Shown here piece by piece: positions 11,007-22,104 of a DNA stretch of 43,175 bases. The stretch's first letter is position 1, and each line of letters starts with the position of its first letter. The stretch comes from Octopus bimaculoides (taxonomy: Eukaryota), in assembly GCF_001194135.2 (NCBI RefSeq), contig NC_068997.1:15160654-15203828 (forward strand), in the 5' to 3' direction. Position numbers and translations under genes: made by a program. Under the pieces are notes generated by a model. The model had not been told where the DNA came from. It worked only from the letters and a program-made list of their open reading frames with translations, and ran no database searches.

Positions 11007-11186
11007 TTTTGTACATTATTTACAATATTTACATTTTTTACATTCGACGGATATTTGTCCTCATCTTGTTTGTTGTTAACACGTTTTGGTTGATATACCC
11101 TCCAGCCTTCTTCAGGTGTCTTGGGGAAATTTCAAACCTGGGTTCTCATTCCTAAGGTATTTTTCGATGTTATTATTATTATTATT
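11007..11186 (-). mobile_element. SINE family H tail with short (TAA)n; linker interrupted by a LINE
   Basis: Matches 524-700 and 3271-3422. Confidence 0.85.
11076..11120 (-). ncRNA. Decayed minimal hammerhead motif (family H copy 3)
   Basis: Minus strand GACAC-CTGAAGA-A-GGCTGG agggtata TCAACC-AAAA-CGTGTT. The free position N7 is A here versus T in the other copies; G12 is mutated. Confidence 0.6.
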
Positions 11187-12067
11187 GTTCAGTAGCTTTA
11201 TTTTTATAACGTGCTTTCACTTCACTACCGAGCGCAGCTCTGTGCGCCTTGGGTATGTGCTGTGGTTTGCTGTGGNNNNNNNNNNNNNNNNNNNNNNNNN
11301 NNNNNNNNNNNNNNNNNNNNNNNNNNNNNNNNNNNNNNNNNNNNNNNNNNNNNNNNNNNNNNNNNNNNNNNNNNNNNNNNNNNNNNNNNNNNNNNNNNNN
11401 NNNNNNNNNNNNNNNNNNNNNNNNNNNNNNNNNNNNNNNNNNNNNNNNNNNNNNNNNNNNNNNNNNNNNNNNNNNNNNNNNNNNNNNNNNNNNNNNNNNN
11501 NNNNNNNNNNNNNNNNNNNNNNNNNNNNNNNNNNNNNNNNNNNNNNNNNNNNNNNNNNNNNNNNNNNNNNNNNNNNNNNNNNNNNNNNNNNNNNNNNNNN
11601 NNNNNNNNNNNNNNNNNNNNNNNNNNNNNNNNNNNNNNNNNNNNNNNNNNNNNNNNNNNNNNNNNNNNNNNNNNNNNNNNNNNNNNNNNNNNNNNNNNNN
11701 NNNNNNNNNNNNNNNNNNNNNNNNNNNNNNNNNNNNNNNNNNNNNNNNNNNNNNNNNNNNNNNNNNNNNNNNNNNNNNNNNNNNNNNNNNNNNNNNNNNN
11801 NNNNNNNNNNNNNNNNNNNNNNNNNNNNNNNNNNNNNNNNNNNNNNNNNNNNNNNNNNNNNNNNNNNNNNNNNNNNNNNNNNNNNNNNNNNNNNNNNNNN
11901 NNNNNNNNNNNNNNNNNNNNNNNNNNNNNNNNNNNNNNNNNNNNNNNNNNNTACAGTTACTTGTTATATTTCTTTTCATTATGTGTTTTTGGGAATTTCT
12001 GGTGGGGAGGCTCTGGTCTTGTGCAGCAATTAAAAATCCTTCAGTCTCTGCTTTGAGTCCTGAGTCC
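11187..12067 (-). mobile_element. 5'-truncated R4/Dong-clade (RLE-type) LINE, mostly in an assembly gap
   Basis: 12060 down to 11953 translates GLKAETEGFLIAAQDQSLPTRNSQKHIMKRNITSNC, the conserved segment before the CCHC knuckle in R4/Dong elements. It is flanked by (TAA)n on both sides. 11187-11275 is inferred to be the 3' UTR, and the 676-nt gap fits a knuckle plus RLE domain. Confidence 0.8.
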
Positions 12068-12109
<42 letters not shown>

Positions 12110-12111
12110 CA

Positions 12112-12173
<62 letters not shown>

Positions 12174-12215
12174 AATTTTTTTATCATTATTATTATTATT
12201 ATTATTACTATTATT
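12068..12215. repeat. (TAT)n microsatellite
   Basis: Direct reading. Confidence 0.95.
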
Positions 12216-12239
12216 ATGTGTTTTTGGGAATTTCTGGTT

Positions 12240-12305
12240 AGGTATCTGTGCTCTTAACCACTATGCCATATGCCTGTGTGGTTAAGAGCATGGGCTACTA
12301 GCCCC
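12240..12305. mobile_element. Two head-to-head fragments of the family H tRNA-like head
   Basis: gctcttaaccactatgccatatg (minus head, cf. 779-801) followed by tggttaagagcatgggctactagcccc (plus head, cf. 8500-8526). Confidence 0.75.
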
Positions 12306-12577
12306 AAATTTTTGGAGCTCTTTTCAAATTAAAATTTTCAACTGTTAACATACAACAGATCCTCATCCAGACCTGATCCCAATGCTGGATGCTCAAGAAT
12401 CAAATGTAGGGCAGATTCTTAATCCCAGGATCATCCTGATTCCAAAATGGTGTAATAGGTCTATGTAGAGCAAATAGAGACTGGGATACAGGGATCCCAG
12501 ACAGATGGACAGACAGAATCTTGCATTTATTATTATATATGTTTCATTCGATGTGCACTTCCTACTCCTATATACTC

Positions 12578-12989
12578 CTTTACTCTCTTTTATTTGTTTC
12601 AGTCATTTGACTGTGGCCATTCTGGAGCACCACCTTTAGTCGAGCAAATCGACCCCAGGACTTATTCTTTGTAAGCCTAGTACTTATTCTACCGGTCTCT
12701 TTTTGCCGAACCGCTAAATTACGGGGATGTTAACACACCAGAATCGGTTGTCAAGCGATGTTGAGGGGACAAACACAGACACACAAACGCACATACACAC
12801 ATATATATATATATACATATATATACGATGGGCTTCTTTCAGTTTCCGTCTACCAAATCCACTCACAAGGCTTTGGTCGGCCCGAGGCTATTGTAGAAGA
12901 CACTGGCCCAAGGTGCCATACAGTGGGACTGAGCCCAGAACCATGTGGCTGGTAAGCAAGCTGCTTACCATACAGACACTCCTGTGCCT
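12578..12989 (-). mobile_element. SINE family A, full length (tRNA-like head, CORE-like segment, internal microsatellite, 3' module)
   Basis: Reverse complement of 20299-20691 over its whole length. The accttgggcaagtg segment resembles the CORE-SINE motif gaccttgggcaagtc. Confidence 0.92.
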
Positions 12990-13493
12990 ATGCCTGTGCA
13001 TATTCTGTGAATGGTCCATGCACTTTTGGCTACTTTTTTTCTGATGAGTCATTGTGCATGTGAGCACTGCATACAATAAGTTCCTTATCATTAGCATAAT
13101 GGGCAGAATATACCAACAGCATTGTCAAAAGGATTTAACCAACGATTCATTCATGTCTGGGCCTCCAAGCCATTCTCACCATTCCAACCCAGTCCCAGAA
13201 CATGTAACCACATTACAACACAATTACTTTTCCTCAACAGGTCCACCTCTAGCAAATATTGCCTGAAAAGAAATTGAGAGAAGAAAAGAACCCATAACCT
13301 CCAAACAACATCTGGACAAATTTCAAAGGATGCCATACAAACCATTTATACGGCAATACATCTTGAATGTATCACAGTATAAATGGATGGGTTCTGAATC
13401 CCAGAAAACTTGACTTGTAAAAGTGATTTTACAGATTCTATCAAGCTGGGGACCAATTTTGGCTGAATCATACTCAAATTTATCTAAGTTCAT

Positions 13494-13545
13494 GTGCTCC
13501 AGCATGACCACAGTCACATGACTGAAACAAGTAAAAGATAAAATA
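13494..13545 (+). mobile_element. SINE family A extreme 3' fragment
   Basis: gtgctccagcatgaccacagtcacatgactgaaacaagtaaaag matches 20638-20683. Confidence 0.75.
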
Positions 13546-13551
13546 TATATA

Positions 13552-13770
13552 CCGTGTGACTGGCCCATGTGCCAGTGGTACGTAAAAGCACCCACTACAC
13601 TCTCGGAGTGGTTGGCGTTAGGAAGGGCATCCGGGTGTAGAAACTCTGCCAGATCAGATTGGAGCCTGGTGCAGCCTTATGATTTTCCAGTCCTCATTCA
13701 AATCGTCCAACCCATGCTAGCATGGAAAGCGGACGTTAAACGATGATGATGATGATGATGATGATGATGA
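13552..13770 (+). mobile_element. Short retroposon family F with (GAT)n tail
   Basis: Co-linear with the reverse complement of 19929-20120; 3' end shared with 25475-25565. An RTE-derived tail is inferred. Confidence 0.8.
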
Positions 13771-13794
13771 TATATGTATATATATATATGTGTG

Positions 13795-13831
<37 letters not shown>

Positions 13832-14476
13832 ACACAGATTTTGTTAATTTTTTTATATTCTCCTCGCTATGATATTATTTTAAATATATTTCATACTTTT
13901 TCTAAAAACCTCCATTTTATTTTTATGTTGCTGTATTGAGGTTCTTTATACATATATGTATGCGTGCACGTGTGTGCATGTGCATGTGTGTATGTGTATA
14001 TATATATATATATATATTTATACATATATGTACACACAAATGCATATATATATTCATACACACACACACACACACATACACACACATGCACATATATAAA
14101 ATTTTATTTTATTAGTTCACTAAATTGAATTAAATCATTTATTGTAATTTCTATTTCCTATTATTTTTCTGCTTCAGAATTTTGTTACTAAAATCATTAT
14201 TGAGTGAAAAATACATATTTAAAACAAGCATTAATTGATTTTTTTACTCTGTTATTTATATATCACGATTTGTATATAACCATTATGTTCATGTTGTCGT
14301 TACTACTATTGTTGTTGCTTAGGGGTGGGGCTGGCAGTGGTGGTTGAAGTAGTGGTGGTAGTGGTGGCAGTGATTCCTGTTGAATTATCTATTTGGATAA
14401 ATTTTATTTATTTATCTATTTATTAAATGGGGTTCACTGGTACCAGCTAATGCGTGTGTTTGTGTGTATATGTATG

Positions 14477-14510
<34 letters not shown>

Positions 14511-15717
14511 TATATATATATATATATANNNNNNNNNNNNNNNNNNNNNNNNNNNNNNNNNNNNNNNNNNNNNNNNNNNNNNNNNNNNNNNNNNNNNNNN
14601 NNNNNNNNNNNNNNNNNNNNNNNNNNNNNNNNNNNNNNNNNNNNNNNNNNNNNNNNNNNNNNNNNNNNNNNNNNNNNNNNNNNNNNNNNNNNNNNNNNNN
14701 NNNNNNNNNNNNNNNNNNNNNNNNNNNNNNNNNNNNNNNNNNNNNNNNNNNNNNNNNNNNNNNNNNNNNNNNNNNNNNNNNNNNNNNNNNNNNNNNNNNN
14801 NNNNNNNNNNNNNNNNNNNNNNNNNNNNNNNNNNNNNNNNNNNNNNNNNNNNNNNNNNNNNNNNNNNNNNNNNNNNNNNNNNNNNNNNNNNNNNNNNNNN
14901 NNNNNNNNNNNNNNNNNNNNNNNNNNNNNNNNNNNNNNNNNNNNNNNNNNNNNNNNNNNNNNNNNNNNNNNNNNNNNNNNNNNNNNNNNNNNNNNNNNNN
15001 NNNNNNNNNNNNNNNNNNNNNNNNNNNNNNNNNNNNNNNNNNNNNNNNNNNNNNNNNCATACATCTATATATATAAATTAGTGATGTGTGTGTACGTCTA
15101 TGTTTATGTATGTGCAAATGTGTGTGTGTGTGTGTGAATGTAAGTGTTAGTTTGTCTATGTCGGTGATCTTTATTTGCATGTATATGTGCACATGAAGAA
15201 TATCTGTGTGTATGTGTGTGTGTGTGTGTGTGTGCATGTAGAGATATGTTCAAATGTGTGTGTAAGCATGTCTGAATGCTTGTGTGTATATAGGTGTATG
15301 TTTGCATTAGTAAGTAGTGAGTATGTATGTGCACGTGTGTGTGTGTGTATGTGTGTGTGTGTGAGTGTGAGTGTGAGAGAGAGAGAGAGAGAGAGAGAGA
15401 TGAGAAATGGAAGCTATCTGACTAAATTCTAAAGATAAACTGCAAATCAACACCATTATCATCATCGTCACCATCACCACCACCACCATCATCATCACCA
15501 CCACCAACATCATCATCACTACCGTCACCACCGTCACCACGTCGTCGTTATCGTCATCATCATCATCGTCATCGTCATCATCATCATCATCAACATCTTA
15601 AATATAATGATATCAAATTGTGGCACCAGTCCAAAATCTTACGGTGATGGTTGTGGTGTTATTGTGTGTATGTGGAGGGGAGTTCTGTCAAATAATTGCA
15701 CAGATCCTTATAACTCT

Positions 15718-15787
15718 ATTTCATTGACCTCAAAAGGGCTGAAGTCAAAGTTGACCTCAGATGGGATTTGAACTCAGAACATAAAGG
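15718..15787 (-). mobile_element. SINE family D internal fragment
   Basis: Reverse complement matches 25930-25995 (gttttgagttcaaattc...gaggt...gggtcaat). Confidence 0.6.
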
Positions 15788-15848
15788 CTTGTAACAAAAT
15801 ACTACAAGATATTTTTCTCCAAAACTCCATCAATTATACACCACACTT

Positions 15849-15890
<42 letters not shown>

Positions 15891-16477
15891 GCAATAGTAA
15901 TAATCCTTTTTGCTATTTGGTCATTGGTGCTTCCCATTGAGTTCCTCCAATAGACCAAAATTGGTGCTTCCAATAGACCAATATCATATGACATGGGAAT
16001 CCCAGCTGTCATAACAGACAAATTTTGTCTGCTACGATCTATGCAGCAAGCACCTATATGAGACGATCTCTCAAGGCTAATTATTCGTATCAACGTTAAG
16101 TTTGATATGAAGAATATCAGAATAATATACATTCATCTAACACATGCTGGCATAAAGAAAACGGACATAAAAATTAATGAGCAAATTAATTTTAATTTGA
16201 TAAATCTCTTCATAATTTTATTTAACAACTTATTGTTAGCTTCTGTTTCAAACACCAGCTCAAAACATCAATAAACGGGAAATATGAATTAATAAATCCC
16301 TTGAAATTTTTAATTATTTTAAAAATTACTTAAAATACATGAATAAGTTATTCCACGAATATATTAGAAATATGTTCGGGGAAGGGTTAAACTTCACTTG
16401 GATTGGAATTTCTATGGCAAAATTTATTCCATTATTCCAAAGTTTCCAAACGTAGCATTTTGCTATATTTGTTGTCG

Positions 16478-16509
<32 letters not shown>

Positions 16510-16636
16510 ATCGTTGTTGTTGTTGTTGTTGTTATTGTCATCGTTGATTAGTCCCCAGACAGTTTTAATTGAGTATGAATGCAATATTTGTTCTTTTCAA
16601 AGTAGATGAGTTTTTCCATCTGGCACTTAACAAAAG

Positions 16637-16669
<33 letters not shown>

Positions 16670-16780
16670 ATTGCTACTGTACTTCATGGAAGTACTGTTT
16701 GTAGTTGTGTTGGTGTTATTGATGTTCTTGTTAGAGGTGGTGGTGGTGGTGAGGGTATAACTGTTGCTGATGGTGTCGTT

Positions 16781-18080
16781 GTAGAGTTTTGGTCGGTCAG
16801 TTCTGCTCAAATACGAACCTATCAGACATTAATTTCAAAACAGCCGACTCCTTCCATCTGGCACATCACATAAGAATATCATTGTTGTTGTTATTGTTGT
16901 TAGTGGTGCTAATGGCTGCTATGGCAGCAGTCATGGTGGTGGTTATGGCATTGCTGTTGTTGATGGTGTTGTAGAGTTTTGGTCAGTCAGTTCTGCTCAA
17001 GTAGCCGACTCCTTCCATCTGGCACATCACATAAGAATATCATTGTTGTTGTTGTTGTTGTTGTTAGTGTTGCGAATGGCTGCTATGGCAGCAGTCATGG
17101 TGGTGGTTATGGCATTGCTGTTGTTGATGGTGTTGTTNNNNNNNNNNNNNNNNNNNNNNNNNNNNNNNNNNNNNNNNNNNNNNNNNNNNNNNNNNNNNNN
17201 NNNNNNNNNNNNNNNNNNNNNNNNNNNNNNNNNNNNNNNNNNNNNNNNNNNNNNNNNNNNNNNNNNNNNNNNNNNNNNNNNNNNNNNNNNNNNNNNNNNN
17301 NNNNNNNNNNNNNNNNNNNNNNNNNNNNNNNNNNNNNNNNNNNNNNNNNNNNNNNNNNNNNNNNNNNNNNNNNNNNNNNNNNNNNNNNNNNNNNNNNNNN
17401 NNNNNNNNNNNNNNNNNNNNNNNNNNNNNNNNNNNNNNNNNNNNNNNNNNNNNNNNNNNNNNNNNNNNNNNNNNNNNNNNNNNNNNNNNNNNNNNNNNNN
17501 NNNNNNNNNNNNNNNNNNNNNNNNNNNNNNNNNNNNNNNNNNNNNNNNNNNNNNNNNNNNNNNNNNNNNNNNNNNNNNNNNNNNNNNNNNNNNNNNNNNN
17601 NNNNNNNNNNNNNNNNNNNNNNNNNNNNNNNNNNNNNNNNNNNNNNNNNNNNNNNNNNNNNNNNNNNNNNNNNNNNNNNNNNNNNNNNNNNNNNNNNNNN
17701 NNNNNNNNNNNNNNNNNNNNNNNNNNNNNNNNNNNNNNNNNNNNNNNNNNNGTCATGGTGGTGGTTATGGCATTGCTGTTGTTGATGGTGTTGTAGAGTT
17801 TTGGTCGGTCAGTTCTGCTCAAGTAGCCGACTCCTTCCATCTGGCACATCACATAAGAATTTCATTGTTGTTGTTGTTGTTGTTGTTAGTGTTGCGAATG
17901 GCTGCTATGGCAGCAGTCATGGTGGTGGTTATGGCATTGCTGTTGTTGATGGTGTTGTTGTAGAGTCTTGGTCGGTCAGTTCTGCTCAAGTACGAACCTA
18001 TCAGACATTAGTTTCAAAACAGCCGAGTCCTTCCATCTGGCACATCACATGAGAATATTATTGCTGTTGTTGTTGTTGAC
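16781..18080. repeat. Minisatellite of ~165-190-bp units spanning a gap (about 8 units)
   Basis: Unit starts (gtagagt[t/c]ttggtc) at 16781, 16971, 17793 and 17960. The 822 bp between 16971 and 17793 is about 5 short units. Confidence 0.92.
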
Positions 18081-18319
18081 GATGAATTCTTACTTTATTA
18101 TTGTTGTTGTTTTTCTTGTCTCATATGTCATTTTTATTTTGTTTTTTGGGGTTTTTTTTTTTGTTTTTAACATTGCTATCCTTGGTGGTATACGTCGTGG
18201 TAGATGGCATAATTTTTATGTTAATTTTTTTTAATAATATAGATTTTCTTGGTGCTGTTGTTATGATGGTTGTTGTCCTCAAGATATTTTACTATGGAAG
18301 ATATCAGAAAAAAATCGAA

Positions 18320-18578
18320 TCTAAATTATATATGTGTGTGAGTGTGTGTGTGTGTATCTGTATGTATATAAAATACATAGTGGTAAATAAATTCTATATA
18401 TAAATGAATTGATGTATAGATGTGTGTATATATGTATGTAAATATATATCTATATATAATATGTGTGTGCATGTAAGTATATTATATATATATGTGTGCG
18501 TTGAGTGTGCATATATATATGCATATGTGTATGTATTTCTACATACATGCATACATACATTTTTATATAATGTATATA

Positions 18579-18642
<64 letters not shown>

Positions 18643-18706
18643 GAGGCATACACACTCTGTAAAATAGGTATAGTGTTTATTCTAAAGAAATTTCAATAAT
18701 ATATGC

Positions 18707-18743
<37 letters not shown>

Positions 18744-18827
18744 TATAATTATATATAAACACACGTGAACGTACACACCACACACACAAAGTAATAAGTA
18801 TATATATATATATATATGTGTGTGTAT

Positions 18828-18858
<31 letters not shown>

Positions 18859-18870
18859 ACAATGTATGTT
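18320..18870. repeat. Compound (TA)/(TG)/(CA) microsatellite block
   Basis: Direct reading. Confidence 0.9.
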
Positions 18871-19406
18871 GTATTTTATATCATTATTAATTTCATTTGT
18901 CAATTATAAGTATATTCAATTGGGATATTGTCATTCTTTTTATATGATTCATCAGTGGAACGCCTTGAGAATAACACTACCAATCACCACCGCCCTCGAC
19001 CCTATCCCCACGACCACCACCACCACCACCGTCTCTACCTTCTTTGTCATTGTTATCATCATCATCATCAACAATTAGAACAACAGCATTAACAAATATA
19101 CCATGTGCATATATATATATTGGTTACTTACTAAAATGCTATACATATATATATACATATATCTACACACACATATATATATATACATGTATATGTGTAT
19201 ATACACATGTATGCATAACATTGTATTGTGATCAGCTCTTTTATTTTTGAACCCTTGTGGCAATTAAACAAATCATGAAGTTGAGTAAATTACAATTGAC
19301 AATGAAAAAACATTGTTAGCACAAGAATAAGCAAGCATATATATATATATATATGTATGTATATGTGTTTGTGCATAGATCTATATATATATATTTATAT
19401 ATATAT

Positions 19407-19440
<34 letters not shown>

Positions 19441-19642
19441 TGATATTTGTTAAACTACATTTATATCCCTTTATATATATGTGTGTGTGTGTGTGTATAC
19501 GCACACACAAACACACACATATTGATATTTGTCTATCAATACCTATATCGATATCTATTTATTCATGTGCATATGTGAGAGTATGTATGTGTGTTTATTT
19601 GCATGTATATATACATCCTCTCTCTCTCTCTCAGTTACCCTT

Positions 19643-19673
<31 letters not shown>

Positions 19674-19690
19674 CCACCACCACCACCACC

Positions 19691-19748
<58 letters not shown>

Positions 19749-19780
19749 ACATCCTACTCATCATCATCATCATCATCACC

Positions 19781-19836
<56 letters not shown>

Positions 19837-19856
19837 CCTCCTCCTCCTCCTCCTCC

Positions 19857-19901
<45 letters not shown>

Positions 19902-19928
19902 ATAGCAGCAGCAGCAGCAGCAGCAGCA
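19643..19928. repeat. Long (CAT)/(CAC)/(CCT)/(CAG) microsatellite continuous with a family F tail
   Basis: Direct reading. Confidence 0.95.
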
Positions 19929-20120
19929 ACATCATCATTTAATGTCCCTTTCTTTCTTCCACGCTGGCATTGGGCTGGATGGTTCAATGGGAACCAACAA
20001 ACCAGTGAGATGCACCGATCTCCAACATCTGCTTTCACAGGGTTTCAACAACTGGAATGCTTTTTCTCCGACACCAGCCACTTTACAGAGTATACTGGGT
20101 GTACCTTTTGTGGCACCTAC
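19929..20120 (-). mobile_element. Family F, diverged copy
   Basis: Aligns by eye to the reverse complement of 13552-13770. Confidence 0.7.
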
Positions 20121-20298
20121 ACTAATGAAGTCACCAGGTACTCAGGAGTCAAGACCCACCCTGCTCCCTAACTCAACTGATTAGGGTATAGTATTGAGGG
20201 ATATGAAAATATGATAGAGGAGCAGGAAAAGGTGTCTTGCTGAAGAAATGCAAAAAATATATAGCTACTCTATCCAAAGTATGGGAGTTCAGTTCACA

Positions 20299-20691
20299 GG
20301 TGCAGGATTGGTTGTGTGGTAAGTAGCTTGCTTATCAACCACATGGTTCTGGGTTCAGTCCCAATGCGTGGCACCTTGGGCAAGTGTCTTCTACTAGAGC
20401 CTCGGGCCGACCAAAGCCTTGTGAGTGGATTTGGTAGATGGAAACTGAAAGAAGCCCGTCGTATATATGTATATGTATATATGTGTTTGTGTGTATTCAT
20501 GTGTCTGTGTTTGTCCCCCGCCCCCTCCAGCATCACTTGACAACCGATTCTGGTGTGTTTATATCCCTGTAACTTAGCAGTTCGGCAAAAGAGACCAATA
20601 GAATAAGTCCTGGGGTTGATTTGCTCGACTAATGGTGGTGCTCCAGCATGGCCGCAGTCAAATGACTGAAACAAGTAAAAGAGTAAAAGAG
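20299..20691 (+). mobile_element. SINE family A, full length with a 22-bp internal deletion
   Basis: Head with A-box-like tggttgtgtgg and B-box-like ggttcagtccc; matches 12578-12989. Confidence 0.92.
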
Positions 20692-21007
20692 GTGATCTAA
20701 ACGATTAGGTATGCCAGGTAAGTGCTGTAACAGATTACTGGGGCCCCAAGGTTATAGCCGAGACGTTAGTTATGGGGCCATTGCAGATTTCCGATGCAGC
20801 GGATATATAATTATTAAAATAGTCTCCCTATCTGTTTCCACCTCCCCCTCTCACTCACTCTTTCTCTCTTTATAAACATGCATACATACATATACCTATA
20901 CGTCTGTGCGTGTATGTGTGCGTATATACTGGATTGGATTGCCTATGTTTAGGGCCGTTGCCACGCCCCTACAACCCCTGCACTCACAGGGGGCCTCCAT
21001 TATATAT

Positions 21008-21215
21008 TCTTTTACTTGGTTCATTCATTTGACTGAGACCATGCTGGGGCACCATCTTGAGGAGTTTTAGTTGAGTAAATCGACCCCAGAATTTTTTTCT
21101 TTTTAAGCTTAGTGTGTATTCTATCATTCTCTTTTGCTGAACTGCTAAGTTACAAGGACATCAACAAACCAACACTAGTTGTCAGGCGGTGATGGGGGAC
21201 AAATGCAGACACAAA

Positions 21216-21314
<99 letters not shown>

Positions 21315-21320
21315 GTATGT
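21008..21320 (-). mobile_element. SINE family A-type 3' half with an expanded internal (CA)n
   Basis: Diverged match to 12590-12800, followed by roughly 48 CA units. Confidence 0.8.
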
Positions 21321-21393
21321 ATAATTATGTGTGTGTCTTTCTGTCAATTTGTTACACACTAACTTTTCAATCTCTGACACAAGTTCCCTTCCT

Positions 21394-21510
21394 GAAGTAA
21401 CGTGAAATGAAGTGTGTTGCTCAAGAACACACTGTGCTGCCCAGTCCAGAAATTGAAATCATGATCTTATGAACATGAGTTCAACATGCCGGACCACTTC
21501 GCCATGTGCC
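21394..21510 (-). mobile_element. SINE family B/C head plus core fragment
   Basis: Reverse complement matches 37089-37205 (ttcttgagc...cttcatttcac). Confidence 0.75.
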
Positions 21511-21681
21511 TTTGCATATCATATCTATATATCTATATCTATATATGCATATATATGTATGTGTACGTGCATATATGAATAATATATGTATATCATGAAG
21601 ATTCAGTTGAATTAGGTACTTAAGTTGAAGTACCACGTGAGTCCGGTATTGTCTGCTCAGATCAAAGCTAGGTGAATAAAC

Positions 21682-21714
<33 letters not shown>

Positions 21715-21814
21715 NNNNNNNNNNNNNNNNNNNNNNNNNNNNNNNNNNNNNNNNNNNNNNNNNNNNNNNNNNNNNNNNNNNNNNNNNNNNNNNNNNNNNN
21801 NNNNNNNNNNNNNN

Positions 21815-22104
21815 GCAATTGTAATCAACAGTCTCTTGAACTTGCTGAATAAATTCAGGTGTTCTGGTGATTTCAGAGTGTTTAGAATACTTTTTATGCT
21901 TTGATATTGATGATATGTTTCCATCTATAGTCTCTAGCTCATTACAAACTTTGTAGATGAAAGATCTGGCAGCTTTTTAAAATCAAGATATTTCTAAATT
22001 ACTATGCTCAGCCTTTATAACCACAATAACAGCATGCCTCTTCATTTCTTGAGCAAGCTCAAGCTGAGGGTTTGCCATTATTATTTTCTGAAACAAAAAC
22101 ACCC
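21815..22104 (-). mobile_element. Tc1/mariner-superfamily transposase 5' remnant (possibly maT/DD37D-like), pseudogenised
   Basis: ATG at 22078; 88 codons MANPQLELAQEMKRHAVIVVIKAEHSNLEIS*F*KAARSFIYKVCNELETIDGNISSISKHKKYSKHSEITRTPEFIQQVQETVDYNC. This resembles an HTH N-terminus with the R...RT linker motif. Bounded by gaps on both sides; the subfamily call is from recognition only. Confidence 0.65.

Noticed and set aside
12330-12540. Helitron/Helentron-like end (gacagacagaatcttgcatttattattatat)
   Set aside because: Single copy; no subterminal hairpin or 5' end identified.
13050-13490. Possible decayed LINE RT thumb (…GQISKDAIQTIYTAIHLE…)
   Set aside because: The similarity is too short and needs several frameshifts; a profile search is required.
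16370-16392. piggyBac-like end (gggaagggTTAA)
   Set aside because: No matching left terminus nearby.
16781-18080. CRISPR-like array
   Set aside because: Whole units repeat with no unique spacers, the context is eukaryotic, and there are no cas genes.
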